From Octopus sinensis (Eukaryota), in contig NC_043015.1 in the NCBI RefSeq assembly GCF_006345805.1, positions 10,478,001 through 10,542,000 of the forward strand: a stretch of DNA of 64,000 nucleotides, given 5' to 3'. Shown here in pieces: positions 50,830-64,000 of this stretch. The first letter of the stretch is position 1; each line of letters begins with the position of its first letter. Both the position numbers and the translations under genes were made by a program. Below the pieces are notes generated by a model. That model ran no database searches and was not told where the DNA came from. It was given only the letters and a program-made list of their open reading frames with translations.

Positions 50830-51250
50830 TGTATGTATTATCTATAATATGGTCAGGCCACAGCAGCAGTGTCCACACGCTCCAGTTCTGCGTCCAAATA
50901 TCACTGCCTGATGGTCCTGTGTGCACACCTAGCCAGTGTCAGCGATTAAGTTGTCTATGTATGTGTGACGACGCTTTTGCTTTTTTACATAACCCTGAAG
51001 TGGGTTCCACGCAACTAATTTCGATGCTTCTAATTCATGGTGGCGCAGGCAGAAACCGGAAAGTCCCAACATTCTTTGCCTGATCGTCTCACTGCAGAGA
51101 TGTGGCTGACGGTAAAGATGAAGGTAATAAAGCTGGTTGACTGGCGAAAGATAGAAGACCTTTAAACACCTGTTCTATAAATGCACTCACCATACTGCTG
51201 AAGCATAAAATACTGCAACATTATTCAGAGATTACAACGTAAACATCCTA
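50830..51250 (-). mobile_element. RTE-type LINE 3' fragment
   Basis: TIRQRMLGLSGFCLRHHELEASKLVAWNPLQG...TYIDNLIADTG resembles the RTE C-terminus. Confidence 0.75.
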
Positions 51251-51283
51251 GCAGTAGTTGATTACAAACTTGTACATTGTGAT

Positions 51284-51315
<32 letters not shown>

Positions 51316-51440
51316 GTATATATATATGCATAATTATAAACACATGCGTGTTTATATATATATATATGTGTGTATGTATGTGTATGTATGTATATATATA
51401 TATATATATTATATATATATATATATATAGGTACATATAT

Positions 51441-51487
<47 letters not shown>

Positions 51488-51896
51488 TATATATATATAT
51501 AATATATGTGTGTGTGTACACAGCCAGATGGAAAAATGTTTATTTAATCATATATTTAATCAGCTGAGATTTCGAGCATCGGAATTTAGATCTAAACGTA
51601 AATAATTTATAATACTTTGATCAATTCATTTAATCATTCATTTCAATGCAGTCTGCTGTTTATCATTAGTTAGAATACACAGAAAATATTTTGATTACGT
51701 CAAAGGTATCAGGAAGCGAAATGAAATATCTAATAGGTTTCAAGATTATCATCAAGTATAGTTCGAGAAACATTTGTAAATTACAGCGAATGTTGTCTAC
51801 AGATTATGGCTGCATATGATCTATTTGTGTTTTAGCTGCTAAAAAATTCATTATAAATATTGGGGTGTTTAAAAGTCTTACTCATTTTCCCGGTGC

Positions 51897-51957
<61 letters not shown>

Positions 51958-52158
51958 ATATATTGAGCAGGCATTTTGATATGTTTTCCATCTCATGTTA
52001 CTGATGTATCTTTTAAGGGTACCAAAGTATTTGATAATAGCTCCATAAAAAAAATCAGTTGGGATTTCTTAAAACGTCACTAAAATACACACAGACACAA
52101 ATACAGAGGGAAGTATCATGCTTACATTCACATACATGTGAGTGCACGCACTGACACA

Positions 52159-52223
<65 letters not shown>

Positions 52224-52774
52224 TTATAATAATAAATAATAATAAATAATTTCGACCAATACGTATAAGTCGATTAGTGTGTTTAAATGTAGAATAGAGC
52301 ACCGGCACGGTTTACTCTACCTGCTGTCACCCACGGTTGTGGTACGCTTCTATTGTTTCGAAACGCAGAGTAGACGAAACAGGGACAACTGCAGAAGTGG
52401 AATATTCCTTGTGTTGTATGTCTTGTACTCTGATTTTGTGTTGTTTGAGAAAAAGTACGTTTCCATGTTTTTGTTTTTATGTTTATGTTACTCATTGTGT
52501 TCAACGTTTGTTTTTGATGTCCTGTATCCATATATGAATGTATATATATAGATGTAGGTGTGTACATATATGTAGGTATATATGCATATATTTATATATT
52601 ATTTATATATGTATCTGTATATATATATATGTATATTTGTATAAATGTATGTATATATGTATGTATATATTTATGTACGTGCGTATGTATGTATGTATGC
52701 ATGTATGTATGTATGTATGTATGCAGGTACGTATGTATGTATATATTCTTTTCACAACTTGAAGCTCCTCTGGC

Positions 52775-53800
52775 ATATGGAATTTGATGAATGAGGAAGT
52801 TTGATGGCGTTGTCTTAATCTGCGTTTGTTGCTGTTGGATAGGCTTATACAGAATTCTTGACATGGTGAAACCTAGAATGTGCTGAAGATAATTACATCC
52901 ACACCTTGCAAACTCTCAGATTTTGGGGAGGATATTGATGAACAGTGGGTGCTTGAAATCAAAGCCGTCGCGGTATCCTGTCCTATGCAACGGTGCTCTG
53001 TTCTGCTGTTTCCAGAATTTTACAGCTGTATATCACTGCATATGTTTGCCACCTCCATTCTCGGCTGTAGAGGCTTAAATCGTTCAGCCTTTCCCATCGG
53101 ATTGAAAGGGTCTTCTTTGTGTAACCTCGCTGAATTTTTGCGCGTTCTGTCGCTTTCGATGTATTCTACATTGTAGCGTACTATAGCTGTTTCTTAAGCA
53201 AGTTGAAAGGAATATTTAGGGTATCACTTATACTACCAACATGAAATGTGTGTGTCTCATATCAGTGTCTGTCGTGGTGAGATATTTAGGCCAATCCCGT
53301 TTGATGGTATCTTACTGAATGATTTTCCAGTTTGCTTCATGAAAGTTTAAACTGGAGGGATTTCGGATTCTTCTTATAAGCCGTATGTCTGCGGGTGCCT
53401 TGGATCCATACATAGAACCCCCCTATCATCTTGTGATCCGAGTCTAGTACCAATTTCCCTTTCTCACTATGGATGATATACCATTATGTGAAACAGAGAT
53501 CCAGTATATTATTTGTGCTGGTTGTTTATTCCACTTTCGTCCACAGACGAAGTATGGTCAAGGTTGGGTAATGAGTTCATCTGTGCTTGCTAGCAGTTTT
53601 GTCCTTCCTGAGAGCATGAGGTCCTCGGGCTATCTAACATTGGATACCCAAGAGAAGTACACAGGTGTGTTTATCAATATTGTGGGGAACTGCTATCTTT
53701 GTGAAGCAGTCTTCACATTTGCCTGTGCGATTTCAATAACCGACTATATACTACATGCTATGATATCGATTTGTTTTATGTGTGCATTTTGAGAGTCATA
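52775..53800 (-). mobile_element. Decayed CR1-group LINE, internally deleted
   Basis: APE end (NILDLCFT, SDHKMI, LNFHEANW...DW) joined to post-RT C-terminus (QRGYTKK, WERL..L.LYS, IY..KILE, SN.LIHQI). Confidence 0.72.
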
Positions 53801-54305
53801 TATTGAGTTTCAATATGACAGCTGGACCTGGGACATGAGGACCTCACACTTAGGCATACACACGCTCACAAACACACACATTTTCTCACACACACACATA
53901 CACTAACAAACGCAATACCATCTCATTCTCTCTCACACACACAAACGCACACATATATCTGTGTAAGAGTGAGTTCTCCTGTCTATGCAATTATGTTAAC
54001 AATAGCATTTTCAAAATAATTACTGAATGTTGAGTTAAAACCACCTTAATTGCGATCACCAGAAGATGCAATATAATTCTCCGATTTCTAACCCTTGAAA
54101 ATATTATAATAGGGGGGAAAGCAAAGAAATGTCATTTTCATAAAATTCAATAGATCGTTTGATAGGATCGTATTTCTTCAATGCAGGACACAAAAATCAC
54201 AAAAGGAATGGTATTATGATAATTCCATAGCATAATATCATTCAAATTCTCGCCCCAGTGTCGAAAATCCATATAATTCTAATATTTGTAAAAGAAAAAG
54301 AAATA

Positions 54306-55010
54306 GGTGCAGAAGTGACTGTGTGCTAATGGGCTTCATCCCAACCACATGGGTCCGGGTTCAGTCCCACTGCGTGGCACCTTCAGCAAATTTCTTCTAT
54401 AGTCTCGAGCTGACCAAACATTTGTGAGTAGATGTGGTAGAGGGAAACGGAAAGAAACCCGTCGTATATATATATAATATATACATATATTAATATATAA
54501 GTAGTTGAATGAATTATCTTAGTATGGATGGTTCGGTTAACCGATACCTGGGTAGCAAATTCACGTCAGAAAAACACGGTTGAAGCTACATGCCAAGGGC
54601 AGAGATCACGTGCTTTCGTGTGGAAATGTGTGTGTTTTTTAATACAAATAAATGAAAGAATGCAGTTGAACGACGATTTAACAAATAAAGGAATTTTGTT
54701 AAATCGTCGTTCAACTCCATTCTTTCATTTAATTATATTAATATATATATACATATATGAATGTTTGTATTTGTGTCTGTGTGTCTGTATGTGTGTGTGT
54801 GCGTGTATTTGTGTGTGTATGTATTTGTGCGTTTGTGTTCCCCCCCTCCCCGCAACGTTGCTTGAGAACCGATGCCGGCGGTTCGGCAAAAGTGCCTATA
54901 GTATAAGTGCTAGGATTACAAAGAATACGTTCTAGAGTCGATTCCTCCAACTACAAAAAAGTGCCCCAGCATGTCCGCAATCAAATGTCTGGAAGATGGA
55001 AAAGAAAAAA
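54306..55010 (+). mobile_element. Older SINE split by an insertion in its internal (TA)n
   Basis: 5' half about 54306-54470, 3' half about 54760-55010. Confidence 0.8.
54490..54735 (-). mobile_element. Truncated terminal-repeat copy with 37-bp terminal hairpin
   Basis: 54500-54685 is about 90% identical to the reverse complement of 61016-61204; hairpin 54649-54731. Confidence 0.85.
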
Positions 55011-56406
55011 AGAGAAACAAAATAAATATATTTTGTGTATACATTTTGATGTTTTGGAATTCAGTGAGATGTAATTATTTCTTCGGAAACATATTTTGAC
55101 ATTGAAGAAACCACCCTACATTCCAATCCCATTCAACTCGTTTGTAAATAGTTTCCCCAAGACAAGTGCATGCAATAGTAAGCGATCTCAATCGTTTGTT
55201 GTGTTCATTGACCTATATCATTGTTTCTGTTTTAAAAACTCTTTGTAATGGGAGGAATATGCATTAAGCCATATTATATTTGGGGAGAAATGCTATAAAA
55301 TGTGTACGTTTCTTTAGTTTGTTTCCACTTTCTAACATAGTTCTAATTAGGAAAATCTAGTTAAAATTGTTTACATTCAGAAACAAGTATAAACGTTCTG
55401 GGAGTGTCTTATTGTGTTTCTATATATGTGTCTGCACTCTATGTTCTGAGTTACCCCGACAATTTACGTTGCTACATGATGTAATTGTTTGAATATGATC
55501 AACTCATAATATTAAATGATAATTGGTTACAAATACGGGGCGAAGACTCAAATATGTGCACTTAAAATGCTATTTGCTTCAATATTGCAAAACCAATTTC
55601 TGTGGAATATTCTACCTTCCATACATGATTGCTAAAAGTTTATAATGCTTAAATATTAAGGATCTTCATTTCAGCAGTGCTTTCGCTAGGCAAGTGCATT
55701 TAACATGCAAGCTTAGGCGGGCATATTTTACGCATATAATTACGACCGGGTCGTTTATGTATACACGCGCGCACGCACACACGCACGCACACACACACAC
55801 ACACACATATATAAATATATATTTAAGTACTCGGAGAGGTAGAGGGATATGCATATACATTCTTTCAAATATATGTATATATACTTATGTATGTATATAC
55901 GTATACTTTTAAACACACACACACTCACACACTCACACACACACAAACACACACACACACCCCCACACACACACACAACACACACATATATATATATATA
56001 TATTATATATATATATATATATATATTTACACGCACACGTATATTCTACTGAAACAAATGTAATTTTGCACACGTGAATTTTTGAAATTCACTTCAGTTC
56101 AGCAGGAATTAAGCAGGGAAGAAATTCAGTTATAATATACAAACAAATTCATTAACAGGTTTCTAAATCTTGTATTGTACTAGCATACATTGTCATTGAC
56201 GATCATCATGCAAATATTCATTTCGGGTGCACATTCTTATCTGCAGTTTCATCATTTTCTAAGGGTGAATTTCTCTCCATACTTCATTATTTATACATGC
56301 ACGTGTGGTTTCCCAAAAAAAAAAAATATATATTTGTCGTAGACTGTCATTCACGTTGTATATGAAAATGCGTATATAAGTGTGTATGTACATGTATGTG
56401 TGTATG

Positions 56407-56464
<58 letters not shown>

Positions 56465-56498
56465 ATATATATATAGTATATATATATATATATATATG

Positions 56499-56548
<50 letters not shown>

Positions 56549-56584
56549 GTATGTATACACATACATAAATGCGTAATGGTGTAT

Positions 56585-57177
56585 ATTTGTTTGTTTAGGG
56601 TTACGCAAACTCTTCTGACATCGGCCAACCGATTTTAATGGTTTTTGGCACATAGGTAGATCACATACCCTGAAATTCAAATACTGCCAGAATGCTTTCA
56701 AAAACTCGATAAAGCTTAGTTGGCATCGATATTTGCGAACTCAATCCGGTGTTTGAATTTAAATCCCTATAACGATGTTACTTTTCCTGCAGATTTTGCA
56801 TTTTTTTTTTCGATTTTGATGAAAAGCGATGAGTGAGCGATGCTCAAAACAGTGAGCTGATGTCAGTAAATGACGTTGACAAAAAATCGATTATTGTGCC
56901 TGAGCAGTTGTTTCATAAAATCGAAAGGCCTTTTGCTTGCAAACACACATAGCGATTTTAGTTTTGGCCGTACATTTTATGTTTTTTTCATCCGATATCA
57001 ATGAAATTTGAAATTTAGGTAAATTTTGTGGTAGGAGAGACGATAATGGTTTTAATTTAATTGCAGAACTGGCATCAACTGATGGACATGAACTGTAAAC
57101 AGGTGTAAAATTTCAACGGTCAGAGTTGGGCTTAAATTCAACACTGAAAACACGAGCAACGCTGGGGTCAACAGCTA
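56585..57177 (+). mobile_element. Possible non-autonomous Helitron/Helentron-like element
   Basis: CCGATTTTAATG and CCGATATCAATGAAATTTG motifs; 3' end CACGAGCAACGCTGGGGTCAACAGCTA resembles Helitron termini. Resemblance only. Confidence 0.3.
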
Positions 57178-57302
57178 TATATACGTATTTGTTGTGTGTA
57201 TGCGTGTCTGTGCGTGTTGGTATTTTATTCAAGTTTCGAATCATATATATATATATATATACATGTGTGTATGTATATATATATGTATATATATACGTAT
57301 AT

Positions 57303-57379
<77 letters not shown>

Positions 57380-57602
57380 GTATGTATGTATGTATGTATG
57401 CATTTCTAAAATTTCGAATGGAACCACCAACAGTGATCTTTACGTTACAGTTCCATGAGGGACACAGCTGGGAATTGGTATCTCTTCGGAGAGAATACCA
57501 GTGGCTACGATGTCGAAGTCCTACGTTTCATAAAGAGAGGCAGCTACTCATTTTGTTTTTCAGTTTACCAAGTACTCGTAGTTTTCAAATATCGCTCAGT
57601 GG

Positions 57603-58300
57603 TCAACTTGGTACATACAAGATATCCACATTCAAATTGAAATGTTGAGCTAGCCATTTATAATGGTATATTACCTCTGTATAGCATCTCCAATCTCGAC
57701 AGAAGCCATGCTGCGTATTAGTGATGAGATTGACTTGACAGTGCATTCCATGATTTTGATAACCTAAGAAGTCTGCTAGATAGGCTTGTAACATTTAACA
57801 TGTTCTCTGCTTTCTCCTTTATGAGTGAGGATTATTTTAACTTATTTTATCTTTTTGTAGTAGTTCGTCAAATGCAAGAAAGCATTAGAAATGTTGCTGC
57901 AGTGGTTTTGCAAGACCTTTTTTAACTTTCATTAAAACAAAAACATTTATGACTCACTGGTGAGGTCAGGTTCCCTTTATCAATGGCCAAAATTATATCA
58001 TCTTAATTTATGTCAATGTAACCTCTTCCCTGCTTGAATATGCGAATTTGAAGAACACGTTAGGTTCATTTATTTGCTCAGATTCCAGTAGGGAAGAGAA
58101 ATTTTGTTTAAGTTTCCATTTAGTATTTTCTTTGTATTCATGGGTTCTGCAGTCAGTGAGCCATTTGCTTCATGCAATGGTCTTGTAGCGCACCGAAGCA
58201 AATTCTTTTCCCCGAGAAAGAACAGCTGATAAAGAAGGCGAACCACATTCCTGGTACTAAAACAACTTCAGCAATAATCAGGCAGCAACAGTCGCTTCAT
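57603..58300 (-). mobile_element. Decayed LINE ORF2 fragment (linker + RT start)
   Basis: PLHEANGSLT, DIILAIDK, NLITNTQHGF...Y...NVDILY. Confidence 0.7.
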
Positions 58301-58465
58301 TACACTAGAAGGAACAATATTACAGATTTAAGGAGTTTTTAAAATAATGAAAATAATACGCATATTGAAGGAGACGAGTAGGTACGTTGCATCACCAAAA
58401 ATATATACCCATTTAAGAAATACCCATTTAAAAACATAACCGTGTGGCAATAATAATTGGAAGAA

Positions 58466-58707
58466 GGCGGCGAGCTGGCAGAAACGTTAGCACACCGGGC
58501 GAAATATTTGCGGTAGTTCTTCTGCTGCTACGTTCTAAGTTCAAATTCCCCCGAGGTCGACTTTGCCTGTTATCCTTTAGGGGTCGGTTAAATAAGTACC
58601 AGCTACGTACTGGGGTCGATATAATCAACTTAATCTAATTCGTTTGTCTGTTCTTGTTTGTCCCCTCTGTGTGTAGCCCCTTGTGGGCAGTAAAGAAATA
58701 AATAATA
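58466..58707 (+). mobile_element. Full-length tRNA-derived SINE with Meta-type core
   Basis: A-box-like TGGCAGAAACGTTAG, B-box GTTCAAATTCC, GTCGACTTTGCCT...GGGGTCGGTTAAATAAGTACCAG, A-rich tail. Confidence 0.88.
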
Positions 58708-59744
58708 ATTGAAAGATCTGAAAAGCAATTACCCAAGTAAATAAAATCAGAGTTGTTTTACCAATATATATATATTGGTAAAAACGGTAAGATAGCAAAA
58801 GAAAGAAAGATACCTCAATATTATGTAAATAGAGGAAATTTATCTATAAAATAATATGTTACACTACTGAAGCGATAGTGTTGTGGATTTCCGCTTCGGC
58901 ATCTGAAACTCAGAGATTTATCTTGACTATTGAGTAATGTAACATATATTTTATATGTATATATACACATACGTGAATCTGTGTATGAGATTGCATATGT
59001 GTGAAATTGTATGATGTGTACATCAGTTGCTATAGATTCTGCTCATACATATAGCTTGATATGGCTACACGAGCTTAGATTCAATAATGAAAAGGTACAT
59101 GAATCTATAAAGGCACTCATGCATTTATGTCTCAATGAATGCGTGGGAGTATAGATTCGTACATTTAACCGTACATTTTGTTAAGCCTAAATTAGGTCGT
59201 ATGCTTTAGTCGGACAATCAAGTTTTAGCAACCTATGCAGAACCTTGATAGACCTTTTCAAATTAAACCAAAGCAATATGAGAAAATTACATTCTGTTTT
59301 TTTTCTCATTTGACGAGTGATTACGTTTGCAAATGATTTTCTTCAGAAAATAAAACATTTACCCTGTTACTAATAAGAAAGCTAGCTTGAAGGGTGATGT
59401 TTGGCTATATTGTACCAGTTGGCAAATGCTTGTATAGACGAATACAATAGTCAGGTTTCTCATACACTACTTTTAATACCTTTGTGATTCAAAGCCATCT
59501 TTGCGAACTGTGCATTGGATAACACGGTGTACTGAGTTTTACATGTATATAATTTATTTTCCTAGATAGAAACGTACACACATACTCTCTCTCGTCCTTT
59601 CTCTGTACCTATTTGATTCTCTCTCTCTTTATCACACACATGCACAATAATACACACCTGCATAAATACATATATATATATATATATCTTTGTATGTATA
59701 TATATATATATGTATATATGTATATATGTATATATGTATATATA

Positions 59745-59920
59745 TATATATACCAATTAAGGACTGAACACGAAAAGGTGGACAGTCAACATGCTAGATA
59801 TAGACGTCAATCGCCATTCTCCACAAAGATTTTGTTCTTTGTGGAGAATGGCGATTTGACGTCTATATCTAGCATGTTGACTGTCCACCTTTTCGTGTTC
59901 AGTCCTTAATTGGTATATAT
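59745..59920. repeat. Palindrome, about 85-bp arms, 6-nt loop, TA on both sides
   Basis: One 1-nt indel between arms; loop 59830-59835. Confidence 0.96.
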
Positions 59921-60004
59921 AAATATTTTAATCTTCGGATTCTTTTTAATGTGCTAGACCACTGTTTTAATTGACTAATATCAATTTCTACCCTTAATTT
60001 TTAA

Positions 60005-60089
<85 letters not shown>

Positions 60090-60279
60090 GTGTGTGTGTA
60101 TGTATCTATATATATCCAGTAACGAATTGAAAACCCGTATTGTGTAAACAGCTGAAAGTCAATACAGACAAGACAAGTTGACATCGATCCCACTCATGAG
60201 TGATGTGGTTTAACAGTAGCCAGCATAAAGAAGGAGTCAACCTTCAGGCACCATACAACCGGCTGAATATATGCGGTCG

Positions 60280-60318
<39 letters not shown>

Positions 60319-60914
60319 GAGAGACAGAAAGAGACAGAGAGAGAGAGTGAGAGAGTGAGGGATGTATACTTTTTGGCAACATATAATTGCATTCGTAAAG
60401 TTACTATAGCCATCCTTGATCTCTTATAGTAAGGGAATTTTTTATTTCTTTATTACGTATTGAATGAAAAGGAAAAACAAAACATGTTCCCTTTAAGCTA
60501 TTACTTCCTTAAATATTTTGGTCATGTTTTCAGCTATATTGCCTTAATTTGAGTTTCCAATCCTTCAATTGATAAGTAAACGCACACCAACAAGCAATAG
60601 ACTGAACTTGAGGCAATGAAAGAAAGTTCCAATGTAAACACGAATGTTGGAAACGTTGTGGCTAATACTCTTTACAGAGGTTACACATATATTAAAGATA
60701 TTGTAATTCATACAATGCACGCTATCACAATTAGACAATTGTGTCCATCAGGATCTTTTAAGATATTCCAAAAGAAATTTGTTTGTATAACTCTGAATAC
60801 TTTAACCATGACAAAATACACAAGTTAAAGACAATAATGCATGGTATATAAAAAATACAATGGGGAAAACTCAAATACATAGACCTAAGTGGTCTTGATG
60901 CTGGCATAAGTTCC

Positions 60915-61322
<408 letters not shown>

Positions 61323-61357
61323 TATACATATATATAATACATACATATATATATATA

Positions 61358-61648
61358 GTGGAGGCACATGGCCTAGTGTTTAGAGAAGCGGACTCGCGGT
61401 CGAGGGATCGCTGGTTCGAATCTCAGACCGGGTGATGTGTGTTTATGAGCGAAACACATAAGCTCCACGCGGCTCCGGCAGAAGGTAATGGCGAATTTCT
61501 GCTGACTCTTTCGCACAACTTTCTCTCACCCTTTCCACCTGCATCTTGCAGCACACCTGCGACGGACTGGCATCCCGTCCAGGTGGGGAACCTATACGCC
61601 AAGGAAACCGGGAGACAGGCCCTTATGAGCCAGGCATTGCTCGAGAAG

Positions 61649-61651
<3 letters not shown>
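61358..61651 (+). mobile_element. tRNA-derived SINE with V-domain-like centre
   Basis: TGGCCTAGTG A-box, GGTTCGAATC B-box, CCTGCGACGGACTGGCATCCCGTCCAGG...GAAACCGGGA. Confidence 0.75.
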
Positions 61652-61720
<69 letters not shown>

Positions 61721-62072
61721 AATTAGAGAAAACCACTAGTATGCAATTCAAACAATGATAGATATAAACCAAATCATAACTAAAAAATAAAATATAGATC
61801 ACAAAAAATACAACAATGAAGTATGTTTCATGGGTATACTTTAATATATATACACACACGAAAGCACACAAATATGTGTACATAGATGAATAGGTAGATA
61901 GATATATAGATATCATTAAATTGCATAAGAATGTGTATATTAGTGCGTTTGCATGTGTCTACATATAAATGCAATGAGGTAGCGAATATGGGTGCGTATA
62001 TATTGTATTTCGTGCTGAATCGATGCATACCGACATTTAACATCATAGATTGATCGAACATGCTCTATGTAC

Positions 62073-62125
<53 letters not shown>

Positions 62126-62555
62126 CATATATATGTACATATATGTATATATTATATATATATTATAATATGTAATATAAGTATATATATATATATATAT
62201 GTGTATAAAATATACATGTATATATCTATATATGTATATGCATACATACATTCATAAAGAAGCAGAATAAATAATAAATATGTTTCGTGTATATAATGCT
62301 TTTCTGCCTATGTCAATGCCTCCAAACTTTTATATGAGATGATGGAATTATGCTTATGTATGCGTAAACACAAGCACGTAAACACATTTACATACAAGTA
62401 CATAAACGCAGATACATACAAGCACGGTTATGTATGTGTGTACTTATATGCGTATAGATATAAGTATAATACTTACAAGACTACACATATTTCCTTTGTG
62501 TGCGTCTTTCGAATACAGGCAGTTACATTTGATGTTCTGTATGTAAGTATTGGGA

Positions 62556-62610
<55 letters not shown>

Positions 62611-62844
62611 AAAGCGTACGTGTATTGCGTGCAGAGGCGCACACTGGAACTCATTTTCTCATACTAATAATATTAATATATGCCTATAATTATATGTATG
62701 TGCATATGTATGTATGCGTCTGAGTGTATATATGTATATGTATGTGTGACTGTATATATATGTATATACACATAAATATTATATATATATATATATATAT
62801 ATATTACATATACATATACATGTACATATGCGCACTCACACAGT

Positions 62845-62917
<73 letters not shown>

Positions 62918-64000
62918 ATACTGAGAATAATTTGATTCCTGCATTAGACATTAAACCAAAGTAAATTGGAAAGCATTTCAAGATTCTAATATTTTTCCAT
63001 CTCACGAGGTTTCGTTCCATTATAAGAGCCGATTCCTACGTGGAATTCACTTTATGTATGTAATTGAAATAAATAGATGAATAAATAGACAAATAAATAT
63101 ATCTTCTTTCTGCCACATTTTAATATAAAAAGGATATAATAAATGAAAAGAATAAAAAAAAATATAATAGATATATGAACCGCATGCCCCAATCAATATT
63201 GTCAGTTAACATTTAGACCCATTGCTACTCAAGCAATTCATCTAGAAATTGTATTTCTGCTGCATGCTATCATTTGGTGAATCTGAGAAGCATAGAACTT
63301 CTGAAATATGAAATCAAATTCGAAGATGGTCACCCCATAAAAGTGAGCTAAATGTAAGCTCAGTTGAAAGGAGGTTAATTAATTGCGAATACGTTATTTC
63401 CTACGTAATCAACCAGCAAGTCTTTATATTTAGAGGAAGCCATGAACTAGATTTGGAATAATAATCTCCTAGAATACGCTTAAAGAGTTTTCTATACTAA
63501 ACCCTAATTTACGCGATGGTCTAAAATGGTGTTGGCATAATAAATGCAATATGTTTAATGTCTCCACATCATAATAATCTTCGAAACAAATATTCACATC
63601 CCAGATTTATATGTATTTATATGTATTCAAGTCGGTTAATATATTCGTAAGAAGCTATTCCTCCTTCCTAACAATATGCTTAGATGCGTGTAACAATAAT
63701 AACTTAGAAAGTTATATATTTGTAGCAGCGGAACTCAGCGTTGGTCAGAACATTTCATATTTTTGTTTTTAAGGATATATCATCCATATAACCCATTCCC
63801 CACGCGAACTCATTGCTTTAATAGCCACTATATATATAGTGATGTAAATTTATTGCATATACTAATTTACATTTTAAACACATACGAAAATATTATCTGT
63901 TGATAAAGGAGCAAAACATTCCCGAAATATTGCATATACAACAATTACCCATTCCTTCATTTTCGATCTCATTGTTTTTTAATATCACACGTCTCGGGTA

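Overview
AT-rich, repeat-dominated eukaryotic DNA. The SINE families and the (TA)n/(CA)n/(GAT)n/(AAT)n microsatellite load resemble a coleoid cephalopod, probably Octopus (inference from recognised repeats; no search run). No complete host gene can be supported, and most ORF-track entries are translated microsatellites. The recognisable coding sequence is decayed retroelement. It comprises two Penelope-like elements (RT+GIY-YIG at 11.8-14.3 kb; GIY-YIG only at 30.9-32.1 kb), five R4/Dong-like RLE fragments, CR1/L2-type, L1/Tx1 and RTE LINE fragments, tRNA-derived SINEs and a mariner relic. The most striking signal is a set of type I hammerhead-ribozyme-like motifs: one fully canonical, four near-canonical and several degenerate. 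They sit in Penelope-type terminal repeats and in (TA)n-flanked fold-back elements, including a 527-bp palindrome with an intact core on each arm. A second signal is a set of Asp/His/Gly-rich open frames with splice-acceptor-like starts at 4.4-9.0 kb, two of them clearly paralogous. All ribozyme calls are hand folds; none was computed or assayed.
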